From a virus: 64,000 nt of DNA. Position 1 is the first letter of the stretch, and each line of letters starts with the position of its first letter. Shown piece after piece: positions 51,409 through 61,470 of this stretch. The DNA is taken from IMG/VR virus record IMGVR_UViG_3300024346_000044, positions 1-64,000 of that record. One strand, 5' to 3'. The position numbers and the translations under genes are program-made. Below the pieces are notes generated by a model that ran no database searches, was not told the origin of the DNA, and saw only the letters and a program-made list of their open reading frames with translations.

Positions 51409-52395
51409 ATGACAAAAAGAAACCTAACCCAAGAGAGAGTAGTATACAAACCCTTTGAATACCCTCAAGCAGCAGATTATTGGTTAAAACAACACCAAGC
51501 ACATTGGATTCACACAGAAGTGCCAATGATGTCTGATATAAATGATTGGAAGCAGAATTTAAATAAAACCGAAAAAAATATTATTGGTTCTATTTTAAAA
51601 GGATTTGCTCAAACTGAAACAGTTGTTAATGATTATTGGACAGGATTAGTTACAAAATGGTTTCGAAAACCTGAAATAATTGCAATGGCTACTACTTTTG
51701 GAGCTATGGAGACTATACATGCTGAAGCTTATTCTTTACTTAATGAAGAATTAGGTTTAGATGATTTTAGTGAATTTTTAGAAGATAAAACTACAATGGC
51801 TAAAATTGAAACATTAATGAATGTTAGAGATAGTTTTAATGGTGAAGTAAATTGGCATGAAAGAGCCAAATCATTAGCTATATTTTCAGCATTTACAGAA
51901 GGAGTAAATTTATTTTCATCATTTGCTATTTTGCTCTCATTTAAAATGAGAAATAAACTTAAAGGAGTAGGTCAAATAGTAGAATGGAGTATAAGAGATG
52001 AATCTATGCACTCCGAAGCTGGATGTTGGTTATTTAAAACACTAATAGAGGAAAACCCCCATTTAAACACCCCAGAATTAGAAGCAGCAATAAATGAAGC
52101 AGCTTTATTATCATTACAATTAGAGATTGATTTTATAGAAAAAGTATACGAGTTAGGTGATTTAGAGGGATGTTCTAAATATGATTTAATTAATTTTATT
52201 AAAAATAGAGTTAATACAAAATTAGGAGATTTAGGGTATAATCCTATAGTAGGAGATGTAGATCTAACAGCAGTAAGTAATATGAAGTGGTTTGATGCTT
52301 TAAGTGCAGGAAAACAACATACAGATTTCTTTGCAAACAGAGTAACAAATTATAGTAAAGGACATTTAGAGTGGGATGCCTCGTCAATTTTTTAA
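51409..52395 (+). CDS. nrdB: ribonucleotide reductase class I beta subunit
   Basis: ETIHAEAYS, EGVNLFSSF, RDESMH, DFFANRVTNYSK. Confidence 0.95.
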   Translation: MTKRNLTQERVVYKPFEYPQAADYWLKQHQAHWIHTEVPMMSDINDWKQNLNKTEKNIIGSILKGFAQTETVVNDYWTGLVTKWFRKPEIIAMATTFGAMETIHAEAYSLLNEELGLDDFSEFLEDKTTMAKIETLMNVRDSFNGEVNWHERAKSLAIFSAFTEGVNLFSSFAILLSFKMRNKLKGVGQIVEWSIRDESMHSEAGCWLFKTLIEENPHLNTPELEAAINEAALLSLQLEIDFIEKVYELGDLEGCSKYDLINFIKNRVNTKLGDLGYNPIVGDVDLTAVSNMKWFDALSAGKQHTDFFANRVTNYSKGHLEWDASSIF

Positions 52396-52398
52396 ATT

Positions 52399-54108
52399 AT
52401 GGATAATAACTTAGTAGCAGATACAACAAAATGGGAAAAGGGTAAAGATTACCCTGAATGGATGAATGACGTAGCCTTATCTACAATCTCAAAAGGTTAT
52501 TTATTGCCAAATGAAACACCTAAAAAGGCATATCGTAGAGTAGCAAACTCTGTAGCAACAAGATTAGGTAGACCTGATTTAGAAAGTAAGTTTTTTAAAT
52601 ACATCTGGAATGGTTGGATTGGTTTAGCTTCTCCTGTTTTATCAAACACAGGCACAGATAGAGGATTACCAATTTCATGTTTTGGTGTTGATACCCCGGA
52701 TTCAATTAGAGGAATTGGACTAACTAATGCAGAATTAATGAAACTTACTTCACAAGGTGGTGGAGTAGGTATTTCATTATCAAGAATTAGAGAAAGAGGT
52801 TCAACTATTAAAGGAAATGGAAAATCAGAAGGAGTAGTTCCATGGGCTAAAATATATGATTCAACTATAATAGCTACAAACCAAGGAAGTGTACGAAGAG
52901 GAGCGGCTAGTGTTAATTTAGATATTAACCACCCTGATATTGGTGAATATCTTCAAATTAGAAGACCAAAAGGTGATCCCAATAGACAATGTTTAAACTT
53001 ACACCAATGTGTGGTAGTAGATGATGCCTTTATGAGAAGGTTAAATGATAGAGACCCAGAATCAATGAATCTTTGGATGCAAATTTTAAAATCAAGAGTT
53101 GAAACTGGAGAACCTTACATAATGTTTAAAGATAATGTTAATAAGGATAATCCAATGGCTTATTTAATGAATAATCTAGATGTGTCAATGACCAATATTT
53201 GTTCAGAAATTACATTACATACAGATGAAGAACATAGTTTTATATGTTGTTTATCAAGTTTAAATTTAGCTAAATACGATGAATGGAAAGATACAGATGT
53301 AGTTGAAACCGCTATTTATTTTCTTGATGGTATAATGGAAGAATTTATTCAAAAAACTAATGGTAAAGAATCAATGATTAGAACCCACAGACATGCTAAA
53401 AAAGGTAGAGCATTAGGTTTAGGTGTAATGGGGTGGCATACGTTTTTACAAAAGAAAAATCTACCATTTAATTCTATTGCATCAACTGCCTGGACTCATA
53501 CGGTATTTTCACAAATAAAATTAAAAGCAGAAACTGCATCTCGTGAATTAGCAGAAGAATATGGAGAACCTTTATGGTGTAAAGGAACAGGTATGAGAAA
53601 TACTCATTTATTGGCGGTAGCACCAACAGTATCTAATTCTAGAATATCGGGATGCTCAGCAGGAATAGAACCACAACCCGCAAATGTTTATACATTTAAT
53701 GGAGCTAAAGGTACATTTATAGTTAAAAACCCAGAATTAGTAAAAAAACTAAAAGAAAATGATCATGATACTGAAAAGGTATGGGATTCAATTTTAGTTG
53801 ATAATGGTTCAGTACAGAATCTATCAAATAATATACTAAGCGAATCTGATAAAGAAGTATTTTTAACATTTTCAGAAGTAAATCAATTAGGTTTAATTCA
53901 ACAAGCAGCTATTAGACAAAAATATATAGATCAAACCCAATCATTAAATTTATGTTTTGATCCAACAGATTCTCCAAAGTGGATAAATCAAGTACACTTA
54001 GAGGCATGGAAATTAGGCATCAAAACACTATACTATTTACGAACTGACTCAGTTATTAAAGGAGATTTAGGATCCCGTGTAGCAGATTGTATTTCTTGTG
54101 AAGGGTAG
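52399..54108 (+). CDS. nrdA: ribonucleotide reductase class I alpha subunit (no ATP cone)
   Basis: PISCF, GGGVG, RRGA, TNICSE, CCLSS, APTVS, KTLYYLR, CISCEG. Confidence 0.95.
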   Translation: MDNNLVADTTKWEKGKDYPEWMNDVALSTISKGYLLPNETPKKAYRRVANSVATRLGRPDLESKFFKYIWNGWIGLASPVLSNTGTDRGLPISCFGVDTPDSIRGIGLTNAELMKLTSQGGGVGISLSRIRERGSTIKGNGKSEGVVPWAKIYDSTIIATNQGSVRRGAASVNLDINHPDIGEYLQIRRPKGDPNRQCLNLHQCVVVDDAFMRRLNDRDPESMNLWMQILKSRVETGEPYIMFKDNVNKDNPMAYLMNNLDVSMTNICSEITLHTDEEHSFICCLSSLNLAKYDEWKDTDVVETAIYFLDGIMEEFIQKTNGKESMIRTHRHAKKGRALGLGVMGWHTFLQKKNLPFNSIASTAWTHTVFSQIKLKAETASRELAEEYGEPLWCKGTGMRNTHLLAVAPTVSNSRISGCSAGIEPQPANVYTFNGAKGTFIVKNPELVKKLKENDHDTEKVWDSILVDNGSVQNLSNNILSESDKEVFLTFSEVNQLGLIQQAAIRQKYIDQTQSLNLCFDPTDSPKWINQVHLEAWKLGIKTLYYLRTDSVIKGDLGSRVADCISCEG

Positions 54109-54141
54109 TAAAGTTACACATATGTATACCAAAATACATTA

Positions 54142-54339
54142 ATGAAGTACTTAAAAAGATTTTGGAACTGGTTACTAGGAAAAACTACTCTTGATGAAAA
54201 AATAAAAGAAAGAGTATATAGAATAAAAGAAGAATTTCAAGACGTTAAAGATTCTGTATCTGAACTTGTTGATCAAGCTGAAGATGTTATAGATGCTGCT
54301 AAAGGTAAAAAACGAAGAGGCAGACCTAAGAAAAAATAA
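54142..54339 (+). CDS. small protein with basic RGRPKK tail
   Basis: Late motif at 54120; 65 aa. Confidence 0.6.
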   Translation: MKYLKRFWNWLLGKTTLDEKIKERVYRIKEEFQDVKDSVSELVDQAEDVIDAAKGKKRRGRPKKK

Positions 54340-54380
54340 TTAATTTTTAAGTTAATAGTTATTAAAAAAAATAAAGTTTT

Positions 54381-54644
54381 ATGAAGATTATAAATTATAT
54401 AAAACAAAAACTTATGGCTTTTAGAGATATGTTTAAAGATGACAACGATATTAATGAAAAAAATGTTGTTGGGTTTGCTGCATTCGCTATGATGGTAATA
54501 TTTGCTTTAGTAGATATTATAACAGGAATATATGGAAAGGAACTTCACGTACAAGAATATATCTATAACTCTTTTGTTATAATAACATTAGGTAGTTTTG
54601 GTATAGCAGAAGCAGGAAAAATTTTCGGTAAAAAAGACAATTAA
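54381..54644 (+). CDS. holin-like membrane protein (2 TM)
   Basis: Two hydrophobic segments; stop overlaps the endolysin start. Confidence 0.55.
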   Translation: MKIINYIKQKLMAFRDMFKDDNDINEKNVVGFAAFAMMVIFALVDIITGIYGKELHVQEYIYNSFVIITLGSFGIAEAGKIFGKKDN

Positions 54645-55591
54645 TGTTATTAAAAAAAGGATCAAAAGGCCCAGATGTTAAAGACTTGCAAGAGGCCTTA
54701 GGACTAGCAACTGATGGTATATTTGGCTCTGGTACAGAAGCAGCAGTAAAAGAATTCCAAAAAGAAAATGACTTAACCGTTGATGGTATAGTAGGTAGAG
54801 GAACTTGGGAAATGCTAGGTTTAGATACTGATGAATCAAGATGGGATGCTGCAATTGATAAAGATGATAAACTAGAACGTTTAGGTAAATATACAACTAA
54901 AGGTGGTTTAGAAATAGATAGAGCTTATTTAGATGGAGATGAATTTGTAAGAGACTATGGTAAAATAGAACCATTAGGATTTTTTATTCATCATACAGCT
55001 GGTTGGGATAATCCCTATAACACTATTAATAGTTGGAACCGAGATACAAGAGGTAGAGTAGCTACACAATATTGTATTGGTGGTACTAATGTAAAAGGAA
55101 AAGATGCACCTAATAATGGTGTAGTAGTTGAATGTTTTCCAAATAATTATTTAGGATGGCATTTAGGTAAAGTAGGTGGATTTGCTATTTCAAAATTTTC
55201 GGGAGGTGTAGAATTAAACAATTTTGGATATTTAACTAAAAAAGGAGATAAATACTATACTTATGTCAATACCGAAGTCCAACCAGAATATGTTTGTGAT
55301 TTAGGATATAAATTTAGAGGTCACCAATACTGGCATGCTTACTCAGATAAGCAAATAGAAAGTTTAAGATTGCTTATTTTACATTTAAAAGACATTTACC
55401 CAAAGATGGACCTAGAAAATGGTATTCCTAAAATGTTAAAAGAAGGAGTTCACCCAAAAGAAGCATTTGAGTTTAATGAAGACGCATATAATGCAAAACA
55501 ATTTGGGTTATGGTCACATACATCAGTAAGAAAAGATAAATTTGATTGCTTTCCTCAAGAAGAACTTGTTAATATGTTAAAAAATTTTTAA
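54644..55591 (+). CDS. endolysin: PG-binding domain + Amidase_2
   Basis: LKKGSKG..DGIFG..T..AVKEFQ..DGIVG; FIHHTAG, GVEL, WSHTSVRKDKFD. Confidence 0.9.
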   Translation: MLLKKGSKGPDVKDLQEALGLATDGIFGSGTEAAVKEFQKENDLTVDGIVGRGTWEMLGLDTDESRWDAAIDKDDKLERLGKYTTKGGLEIDRAYLDGDEFVRDYGKIEPLGFFIHHTAGWDNPYNTINSWNRDTRGRVATQYCIGGTNVKGKDAPNNGVVVECFPNNYLGWHLGKVGGFAISKFSGGVELNNFGYLTKKGDKYYTYVNTEVQPEYVCDLGYKFRGHQYWHAYSDKQIESLRLLILHLKDIYPKMDLENGIPKMLKEGVHPKEAFEFNEDAYNAKQFGLWSHTSVRKDKFDCFPQEELVNMLKNF

Positions 55592-55596
55592 TAAAT

Positions 55597-56010
55597 ATGA
55601 AAACCTCTACGATAATTCTATCAACATCTGCATTACTTTCTTTTATAGGTTCTTATTTTTTAGATTTAACTTTAGATAATGCCGATCAGTTTTTATCAAT
55701 TGCCTGTGTAGTTCTACTAGATGGTGTTTTTGGTATAATGGCGGGAATTAAAAGAGAAGGATTTAAAACATATAAGGCTTTAAGCGTTTTAAGAACTGTA
55801 GTAATATGGTGGGTTCTTTTAGGAGTAATATTAACCGTAGAAAAGTCATTTGCAGGGACAGCTTGGCTTAGTGAAACTGTGGTTGTACCTTTCCTGTTGT
55901 TTCAAATTATTAGCGCCCTTAAAAATGCTTCTATGGCTGGATTTATAAAAATAGATCTTTTAAATAAAATATTAGACAAAATAGATAAGCATAAGGGTTT
56001 AAGAAATTAA
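55597..56010 (+). CDS. phage holin family protein
   Basis: 3-4 TM; LDGVFGIMAG, QIISALKNA; after the endolysin. Confidence 0.7.
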   Translation: MKTSTIILSTSALLSFIGSYFLDLTLDNADQFLSIACVVLLDGVFGIMAGIKREGFKTYKALSVLRTVVIWWVLLGVILTVEKSFAGTAWLSETVVVPFLLFQIISALKNASMAGFIKIDLLNKILDKIDKHKGLRN

Positions 56011-56020
56011 ATTTTATATT

Positions 56021-57190
56021 ATGTTTAAAAAAATACAAGAAAGAGCATTCCCGTTCTTAATAGCTCTATCGGCTTTATCAGTATCAGCTTCAGCTGCTTT
56101 TTATTCAATTAGTGGATTATCAAAATTATTTGCTGGGGCAGCTTTTGCAGTTATAGTAATGTCTGCTTCATTAGAAGTTGCTAAATTAGTAATAGCATCT
56201 TTACTTTATCAATACCGTAAAACCTTACCATTTTTACTAAAATCCTATTTATCAGTGGCGTGTGTTGTGCTGATACTAATAACTTCAATGGGTATTTACG
56301 GCTTCCTATCGGCAGCATACCAAACGACGGCAAATAAAGAGGGTAATGCAGAATCTCGCATAGTATTAATAGAAACTAAAAGAGATAATATCAAGGACCA
56401 ATTAGAGGTTTATACTGGAGAAAAGTCATCTATAAATGAAGCAGTATCAGAACTTAGGAAAGGACTATCTAATAATAAAATACAGTGGAGAGATAAAGAA
56501 ACAGGTCAAATTATTACTTCAACATCGAGTAGAACTAGAAAAGCATTAGAAAAGCAACTAGACCAAGCTATAATCAGACAAACAGAAATAAATGCTAAAG
56601 TAGATGTTTTAAATGAAAAAATATTTAAATATGAAACTGAAATAGTAGAAACTAGAATAGGAGATGGTTCTACAAGTGAACTGGGGCCGCTTAAATATCT
56701 ATCAGGGTTAACAGGTTTACCCATGGATAAAATTATAAATTATCTTTTATTAACAATAATATTTGTATTTGATCCTTTAGCTATAGCATTAGTAATAGCT
56801 GCTAATTTTGCATTTGCAAGATTAAATAATAATAAAAAACAAAATATATATGGTGAGATTGTAAAAATAAGACAAAAACCCACAGACACAAAATCAGATT
56901 TAATATTTAAAGATGCTATAGCTTCCCCTATATCTGATACTGAAGATTTTCTTGAAGAGGAAGTAGAAGAAAAACAGGAAGAGAGAAAAGCCGAGAGGGT
57001 TAAAGCCCCAACACCTCCTTCTTCTACTGAATCTTCTATTAATCAAAAATTAAAAGAATTAAAACAACGTTTATCAAATACACCAAAAACAAAAAGGGTA
57101 GGTCCTAACTCAATAAAATCTTTAAAATCCCAAATTGAATCTCTTAAAAAAGACAACGATAAAGATGATGATTTAACAATTCTTTATTAA
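56021..57190 (+). CDS. multi-TM coiled-coil membrane protein
   Basis: N-terminal TMs (SLEVAKL, TSMGIYGFLS), coiled coil, ELGPLKY, IFVFDPLAI. Confidence 0.7.
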   Translation: MFKKIQERAFPFLIALSALSVSASAAFYSISGLSKLFAGAAFAVIVMSASLEVAKLVIASLLYQYRKTLPFLLKSYLSVACVVLILITSMGIYGFLSAAYQTTANKEGNAESRIVLIETKRDNIKDQLEVYTGEKSSINEAVSELRKGLSNNKIQWRDKETGQIITSTSSRTRKALEKQLDQAIIRQTEINAKVDVLNEKIFKYETEIVETRIGDGSTSELGPLKYLSGLTGLPMDKIINYLLLTIIFVFDPLAIALVIAANFAFARLNNNKKQNIYGEIVKIRQKPTDTKSDLIFKDAIASPISDTEDFLEEEVEEKQEERKAERVKAPTPPSSTESSINQKLKELKQRLSNTPKTKRVGPNSIKSLKSQIESLKKDNDKDDDLTILY

Positions 57191-57195
57191 AAATA

Positions 57196-57227
57196 TTTGG
57201 CTTCCTAAATAAGGGTTCGTATATTTA
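57196..57227 (+). promoter_or_regulatory. host-type promoter of the deazaguanine operon
   Basis: TTTG-N20-TATATTTA with TTCG extension, 4 nt before ATG 57232. Confidence 0.65.
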
Positions 57228-57231
57228 CTAC

Positions 57232-57753
57232 ATGGATAAATTGAGAACCCAATACATTTTCAACATAGACAAAGAACACGTTACACAAGAGATATCAAAA
57301 TTACAACCACTTAATTATAACCAATTTAGATGGTGGAGACGATTTGATTCACCAAATAAACCCCTTCATAAAAATTCAGATTTATTAGATAAAATTCAAA
57401 ATGGGGACTTTGATTTTTCACATTATTTTTGGCAGGCAAAATATACAGAAATGGAAATGGATGAAATTCATAATGAGGTCTGGCCTGACTCAGTTAAATA
57501 TAAGGAAAAAACTTCAATCCATGGTGCCCGAAGACAACGTTTATGGGCTGACTTTGAAAAAGACGAACAAGAAAAACTCAATAGCATATATAAAGAATTT
57601 CCTCTTTCTATTAGAATGACTCGTAAACAAGTAAGAGAAGGAATAGAAGAATTTGGAGGTACGCTAGAGGATTATTATCATTACTGTAAAGATAAGTTTG
57701 GAGCAAGACACAAACGATTAGAAACAAGAGGAAGACCAAGAAAAGTTATATGA
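57232..57753 (+). CDS. hypothetical protein, first gene of the que operon
   Basis: YNQFRWWRRF, KIQNGDF; overlaps the next gene (ATGA). Confidence 0.7.
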   Translation: MDKLRTQYIFNIDKEHVTQEISKLQPLNYNQFRWWRRFDSPNKPLHKNSDLLDKIQNGDFDFSHYFWQAKYTEMEMDEIHNEVWPDSVKYKEKTSIHGARRQRLWADFEKDEQEKLNSIYKEFPLSIRMTRKQVREGIEEFGGTLEDYYHYCKDKFGARHKRLETRGRPRKVI

Positions 57754-58544
57754 AAGTATCACACGAAGCACCAATACCCTATATGAAACAAGTTAGGGGA
57801 TTAATTGATTATGATTATTGTCTCCCCCATATGTTAGATGAAAATGAAGATTATGTAAAATATTTTCAAGAATCTAAAGAAATGGGGCGGTATATTATTA
57901 TGGATAACTCCTTACATGAGTTAGGACATCCATATGATAAAGAACGTTTGGCACATTGGCTATATTATTTCAAACCAGATGAGTTTATAGTACCTGATTA
58001 TTGGCAAGATAAAACAGCAACGTTAGTATCAGCTAAAGAATGGATTAATAAAATATATCCTGAAAATACTACTCCTATGGCTGTAGTACAAGGTAAAAAT
58101 AAAAATGAATCCAGAGAATGTTATGATATATTAAAACATCAAGGATATCAAAAAATAGCATTTAGTTATGGAGCTGATTGGTATTATGAAAATGGAAAAT
58201 CTACTTCTAAAACCACAGAAAATATAACAGTAACTAAAGCCCATGGCCGGTATAATTTTATAAAAGAATTATATGAGGATAATACAATATCAAAATCAGA
58301 CAGAATACATTTATTAGGTTGCAATATACCCCAGGAATTTAAATGGTATAAAAATATGCCATTTATAAAAACAATAGATACATCAAACCCAGTTATACAT
58401 GGTTTATCAGGAATAAAATATGAACCCTGGGGGTTAAATAACAAAATATCTACTAAGGTAGATAAATTTAAAGGAGAAGCTGAGCATTGGGAAACAGCAA
58501 TTTACAATATACAATTATTTAAAACATTTATACCAAAAACATGA
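57750..58544 (+). CDS. TGT-fold protein, DpdA-like deazaguanine transglycosylase candidate
   Basis: IIMDNS, IVPD, AVVQG, IHLLG, IDTS motifs in TGT order; coupled to queC. Confidence 0.65.
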   Translation: MKVSHEAPIPYMKQVRGLIDYDYCLPHMLDENEDYVKYFQESKEMGRYIIMDNSLHELGHPYDKERLAHWLYYFKPDEFIVPDYWQDKTATLVSAKEWINKIYPENTTPMAVVQGKNKNESRECYDILKHQGYQKIAFSYGADWYYENGKSTSKTTENITVTKAHGRYNFIKELYEDNTISKSDRIHLLGCNIPQEFKWYKNMPFIKTIDTSNPVIHGLSGIKYEPWGLNNKISTKVDKFKGEAEHWETAIYNIQLFKTFIPKT

Positions 58545-59407
58545 AACAAGCAGTATTAAGTTTAAGTGGTGGGATGGATAGTAGTACACTATTACTTCAC
58601 TTATTAGCAAACGATTATAAAGTAACAGCTCTAAGTTTTGATTATGGTCAAAAACATAGAGTTGAATTAGAAAGAGCACAACAATTAGTAGATTATTTAA
58701 ATGATAATGGTCAAGATATCACATATCAATCTATTAAATTAGATGGTTTAACATCATTATTAGATTCAGCTTTAGTAGAAGGTGGGGATGATGTGCCCGA
58801 AGGACATTATGAAGAAGATAATATGAAAGCAACAGTAGTGCCTAATAGAAATAAAATATTCTCATCACTAATACAATCTGTAGCGTTATCAATCGCTAAT
58901 AAAACAGAATCATCGGTAAAAATAGCAATGGGTATACATGCTGGGGATCATGCAATTTACCCTGATTGTAGACAAGAATTTAGAGATGCGGATTATAAAG
59001 CATTTGCTGAAGGTAATTGGGATGCTCAAAGAGTAGGATTATACACACCTTATTTAGATGGAGATAAATTTGATATTTTAAAAGATGGAGAAGTATGTTG
59101 TAAAGAATTAGGAATTGATTTTGATGAAGTTTATAAAAGAACAAATACATCATACAAACCTGTTTTTATACCTCACCCTTGGTCTGATACTGGAGGAGGA
59201 AATTGGTATTCAGATTACAAATCGGCATCATCAGTAGAAAGAATAGAAGCATTTTTAAAATTAGGAAGACCTGACCCTGTGGTATATGCTGATGAAACAG
59301 GAGTTGTAGGTTATGAAATTGCAAAATCTCATGTTCAAAAATTATTGGATGAGTATGCAAATAATCCTAATATGAATGATACCATTGATATGGTAAATAA
59401 TATGTAA
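58541..59407 (+). CDS. queC: 7-cyano-7-deazaguanine synthase
   Basis: SLSGGMDS, FDYGQKH, VPNRN, HAGD, YPDCR. Confidence 0.93.
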   Translation: MKQAVLSLSGGMDSSTLLLHLLANDYKVTALSFDYGQKHRVELERAQQLVDYLNDNGQDITYQSIKLDGLTSLLDSALVEGGDDVPEGHYEEDNMKATVVPNRNKIFSSLIQSVALSIANKTESSVKIAMGIHAGDHAIYPDCRQEFRDADYKAFAEGNWDAQRVGLYTPYLDGDKFDILKDGEVCCKELGIDFDEVYKRTNTSYKPVFIPHPWSDTGGGNWYSDYKSASSVERIEAFLKLGRPDPVVYADETGVVGYEIAKSHVQKLLDEYANNPNMNDTIDMVNNM

Positions 59408-59408
59408 T

Positions 59409-59564
59409 ATGAAACAACCAGACGCAAAAAAACATCAATTAGTAAGTTTTATTAAATCAAGTATAAGAATATTAGGTTATTGTTTTATACCATTTAGTTT
59501 AGTAACTGCTATGCTTATTTTAGTAGCTAGTGAAGCAATAGGTATAGTAGAAGAATTAGTTTAA
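59409..59564 (+). CDS. small membrane protein (51 aa), not in the ORF track
   Basis: MKQPDAKKHQLVSFIKSSIRILGYCFIPFSLVTAMLILVASEAIGIVEELV; fills the gap between queC and thioredoxin. Confidence 0.65.
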   Translation: MKQPDAKKHQLVSFIKSSIRILGYCFIPFSLVTAMLILVASEAIGIVEELV

Positions 59565-59580
59565 AATAAAATAAGTAAAA

Positions 59581-59850
59581 ATGAAAGTACAAGTTAAAAA
59601 AGGAATATTATATTTTACAGCTCCATGGTGTGGACCTTGTAAACAATTAGGACCTAAAATGGAACAATTAGAAAATAGTGGGGTTCCTATTAAAAAAATA
59701 AATACAGATTATGAAGCTACTTTAGTTACACAATATGCTATAAAATCTGTTCCAACTTTAGTCATAACTGATTTAGATGGAAATGAAATAAAAAGAATAC
59801 AAGGTGGTGGAAAATCACTTCAACAATTAAAAGACTGGTATAATGGGTAA
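59581..59850 (+). CDS. thioredoxin
   Basis: FTAPWCGPCK, IKSVPT. Confidence 0.9.
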   Translation: MKVQVKKGILYFTAPWCGPCKQLGPKMEQLENSGVPIKKINTDYEATLVTQYAIKSVPTLVITDLDGNEIKRIQGGGKSLQQLKDWYNG

Positions 59851-60307
59851 ATTTCAATCAAGTAAAGTTTTTGACGGATTTAGTACAGTATTCCGTCAAT
59901 GGAAGGCAGAAGATACACACTGTAAATTTTTACATGGGTATGGTATTTCATTTAAAGTATATTTTGAAGGTGAATTAGATGAAAAAAATTGGGTATGGGA
60001 TTTTGGTGGTATGAAAAGAGCTAAAACACTTATAGAAGGTAAACAACCTAAAGAATGGATGGATTATATGTTTGACCATACTGTTATAATAGCAGAAGAT
60101 GATCCTGGAATGGGTGGTTGGAAAACAATGGATGGGATAGGAGTAATTCAATTAAGAGTAATACCAGCTACAGGAGCAGAAAAATTTTCAGAGTTTATAT
60201 TTAATAAGTTAAATGACTTTGTCCATACAGAAACTGAAGGTAGAGTAAGAGTTACTAAAGTTAAGTTTATGGAACACGGTAAAAACGCAGCTTATTATTG
60301 TGAATAA
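59843..60307 (+). CDS. queD: 6-carboxy-5,6,7,8-tetrahydropterin synthase
   Basis: HCKFLHGY, WVWDFG, FDH, GAE, FMEH; que context. Confidence 0.88.
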   Translation: MGKFQSSKVFDGFSTVFRQWKAEDTHCKFLHGYGISFKVYFEGELDEKNWVWDFGGMKRAKTLIEGKQPKEWMDYMFDHTVIIAEDDPGMGGWKTMDGIGVIQLRVIPATGAEKFSEFIFNKLNDFVHTETEGRVRVTKVKFMEHGKNAAYYCE

Positions 60308-60313
60308 TTTTAT

Positions 60314-60384
60314 TATCGGGTCGTCTAGAGGCAGGACAATGGTTTTTGGTACCATGAACGGAGGTTCGAATCCTTCCCCGATAA
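60314..60384 (+). tRNA. tRNA-Gln(TTG)
   Basis: Acceptor tatcggg/cccgata, anticodon arm atggt-ttTTGgt-accat, T loop ttcgaat; no CCA encoded. Confidence 0.88.
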
Positions 60385-60397
60385 CGATAAAACCAAA

Positions 60398-60471
<74 letters not shown>

Positions 60472-60476
60472 TTAAT

Positions 60477-60548
60477 GCTCCGTTCGTCTAGGGGTTAGGA
60501 CATATGGTTTTCATCCATAAAACAGGGGTTCGATTCCCCTACGGAGTA
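60477..60548 (+). tRNA. tRNA-Glu(TTC)
   Basis: Acceptor gctccgt/acggagt, anticodon arm tatgg-ttTTCat-ccata, T arm agggg-ttcgatt-cccct. Confidence 0.9.
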
Positions 60549-60572
60549 CAGTAAATAATAAATGAAAAATAA

Positions 60573-61343
60573 ATGAAAAGAATAGAAGATTATAACAAAG
60601 TGTTACCAGTATTAGAATTATACAGATGTGTTCAAAGTGAAGGTAGCAGATTTGGTAGACCAACTATTGCGGTTAGAACTACAGGATGTACTCATAGATG
60701 TTATTTTGGAGATGGGGGTTGGTGTGATTCTTGGTATACAAGTATACACCCAGAAAAAGGTACATTTACCTTTAATGATATTATTAAAATATATGATGAC
60801 AACCCCCATGTAAAAGAAATGATGCTTACTGGTGGTTCGCCTACAATGCATCCTGCTTTAGTAAATGAAATAACACATTTTGCAAATGAAAGAAACATTT
60901 TGGTTACAATTGAGACAGAAGGTTCTCATTTTCTTGAAACAGACCATCCTTTGGATCTTATTAGCCTTAGTCCTAAATTTAGTAATAGTGTGCCTGTACT
61001 TGGCGCTGTTACACCTAATGGGGCTGTCGCCGATGAACGAATGATTAAAGTGCATAATAGACTTAGATTAAATAAAGAAGCTATTAGTAAAACAATTGCA
61101 TACCATAAAGATTATCACTTCAAACCCGTATGGGATGGTACAGATGAAAATCTAAAAGAAATTGAGGCATTTAGGGTAGATATGGAAATACCCAAAGATA
61201 AAACTTATATAATGCCTGCTGGGGATACAAGAGAAACATTAGTAAAAATGTATCCTTTAGTATTTGAATTGTGTGCTGAAAAGGGATATAATATGACAGG
61301 CAGAGACCACATCATTGCATTTGATACAGAAAGAGGTGTCTAA
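60573..61343 (+). CDS. queE: 7-carboxy-7-deazaguanine synthase (radical SAM)
   Basis: VQSEG, GCTHRC(x7)CDS, LTGGSP, IETEG, SLSPK. Confidence 0.9.
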   Translation: MKRIEDYNKVLPVLELYRCVQSEGSRFGRPTIAVRTTGCTHRCYFGDGGWCDSWYTSIHPEKGTFTFNDIIKIYDDNPHVKEMMLTGGSPTMHPALVNEITHFANERNILVTIETEGSHFLETDHPLDLISLSPKFSNSVPVLGAVTPNGAVADERMIKVHNRLRLNKEAISKTIAYHKDYHFKPVWDGTDENLKEIEAFRVDMEIPKDKTYIMPAGDTRETLVKMYPLVFELCAEKGYNMTGRDHIIAFDTERGV

Positions 61344-61470
61344 AGAAGAAGCATTAGAAATATTAGAAGAAGTAAAAGAAAATGTTAATACATGCTGTGC
61401 TATAACTATGGAACCAGATGAAGTATTAGATTTAATAGAAAAATTAGAAGAATACATACAAAATGCGTAA
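61336..61470 (+). CDS. small acidic protein (44 aa), not in the ORF track
   Basis: GTG start; SKEEALEILEEVKENVNTCCAITMEPDEVLDLIEKLEEYIQNA; overlaps both neighbours. Confidence 0.55.
   Translation: MSKEEALEILEEVKENVNTCCAITMEPDEVLDLIEKLEEYIQNA

Noticed and set aside
2138-54108. Introns, inteins or homing endonucleases in terL, helicase, recA or nrdA/nrdB
   Set aside because: All are uninterrupted and of normal or compact length; no intein, LAGLIDADG or HNH signatures seen
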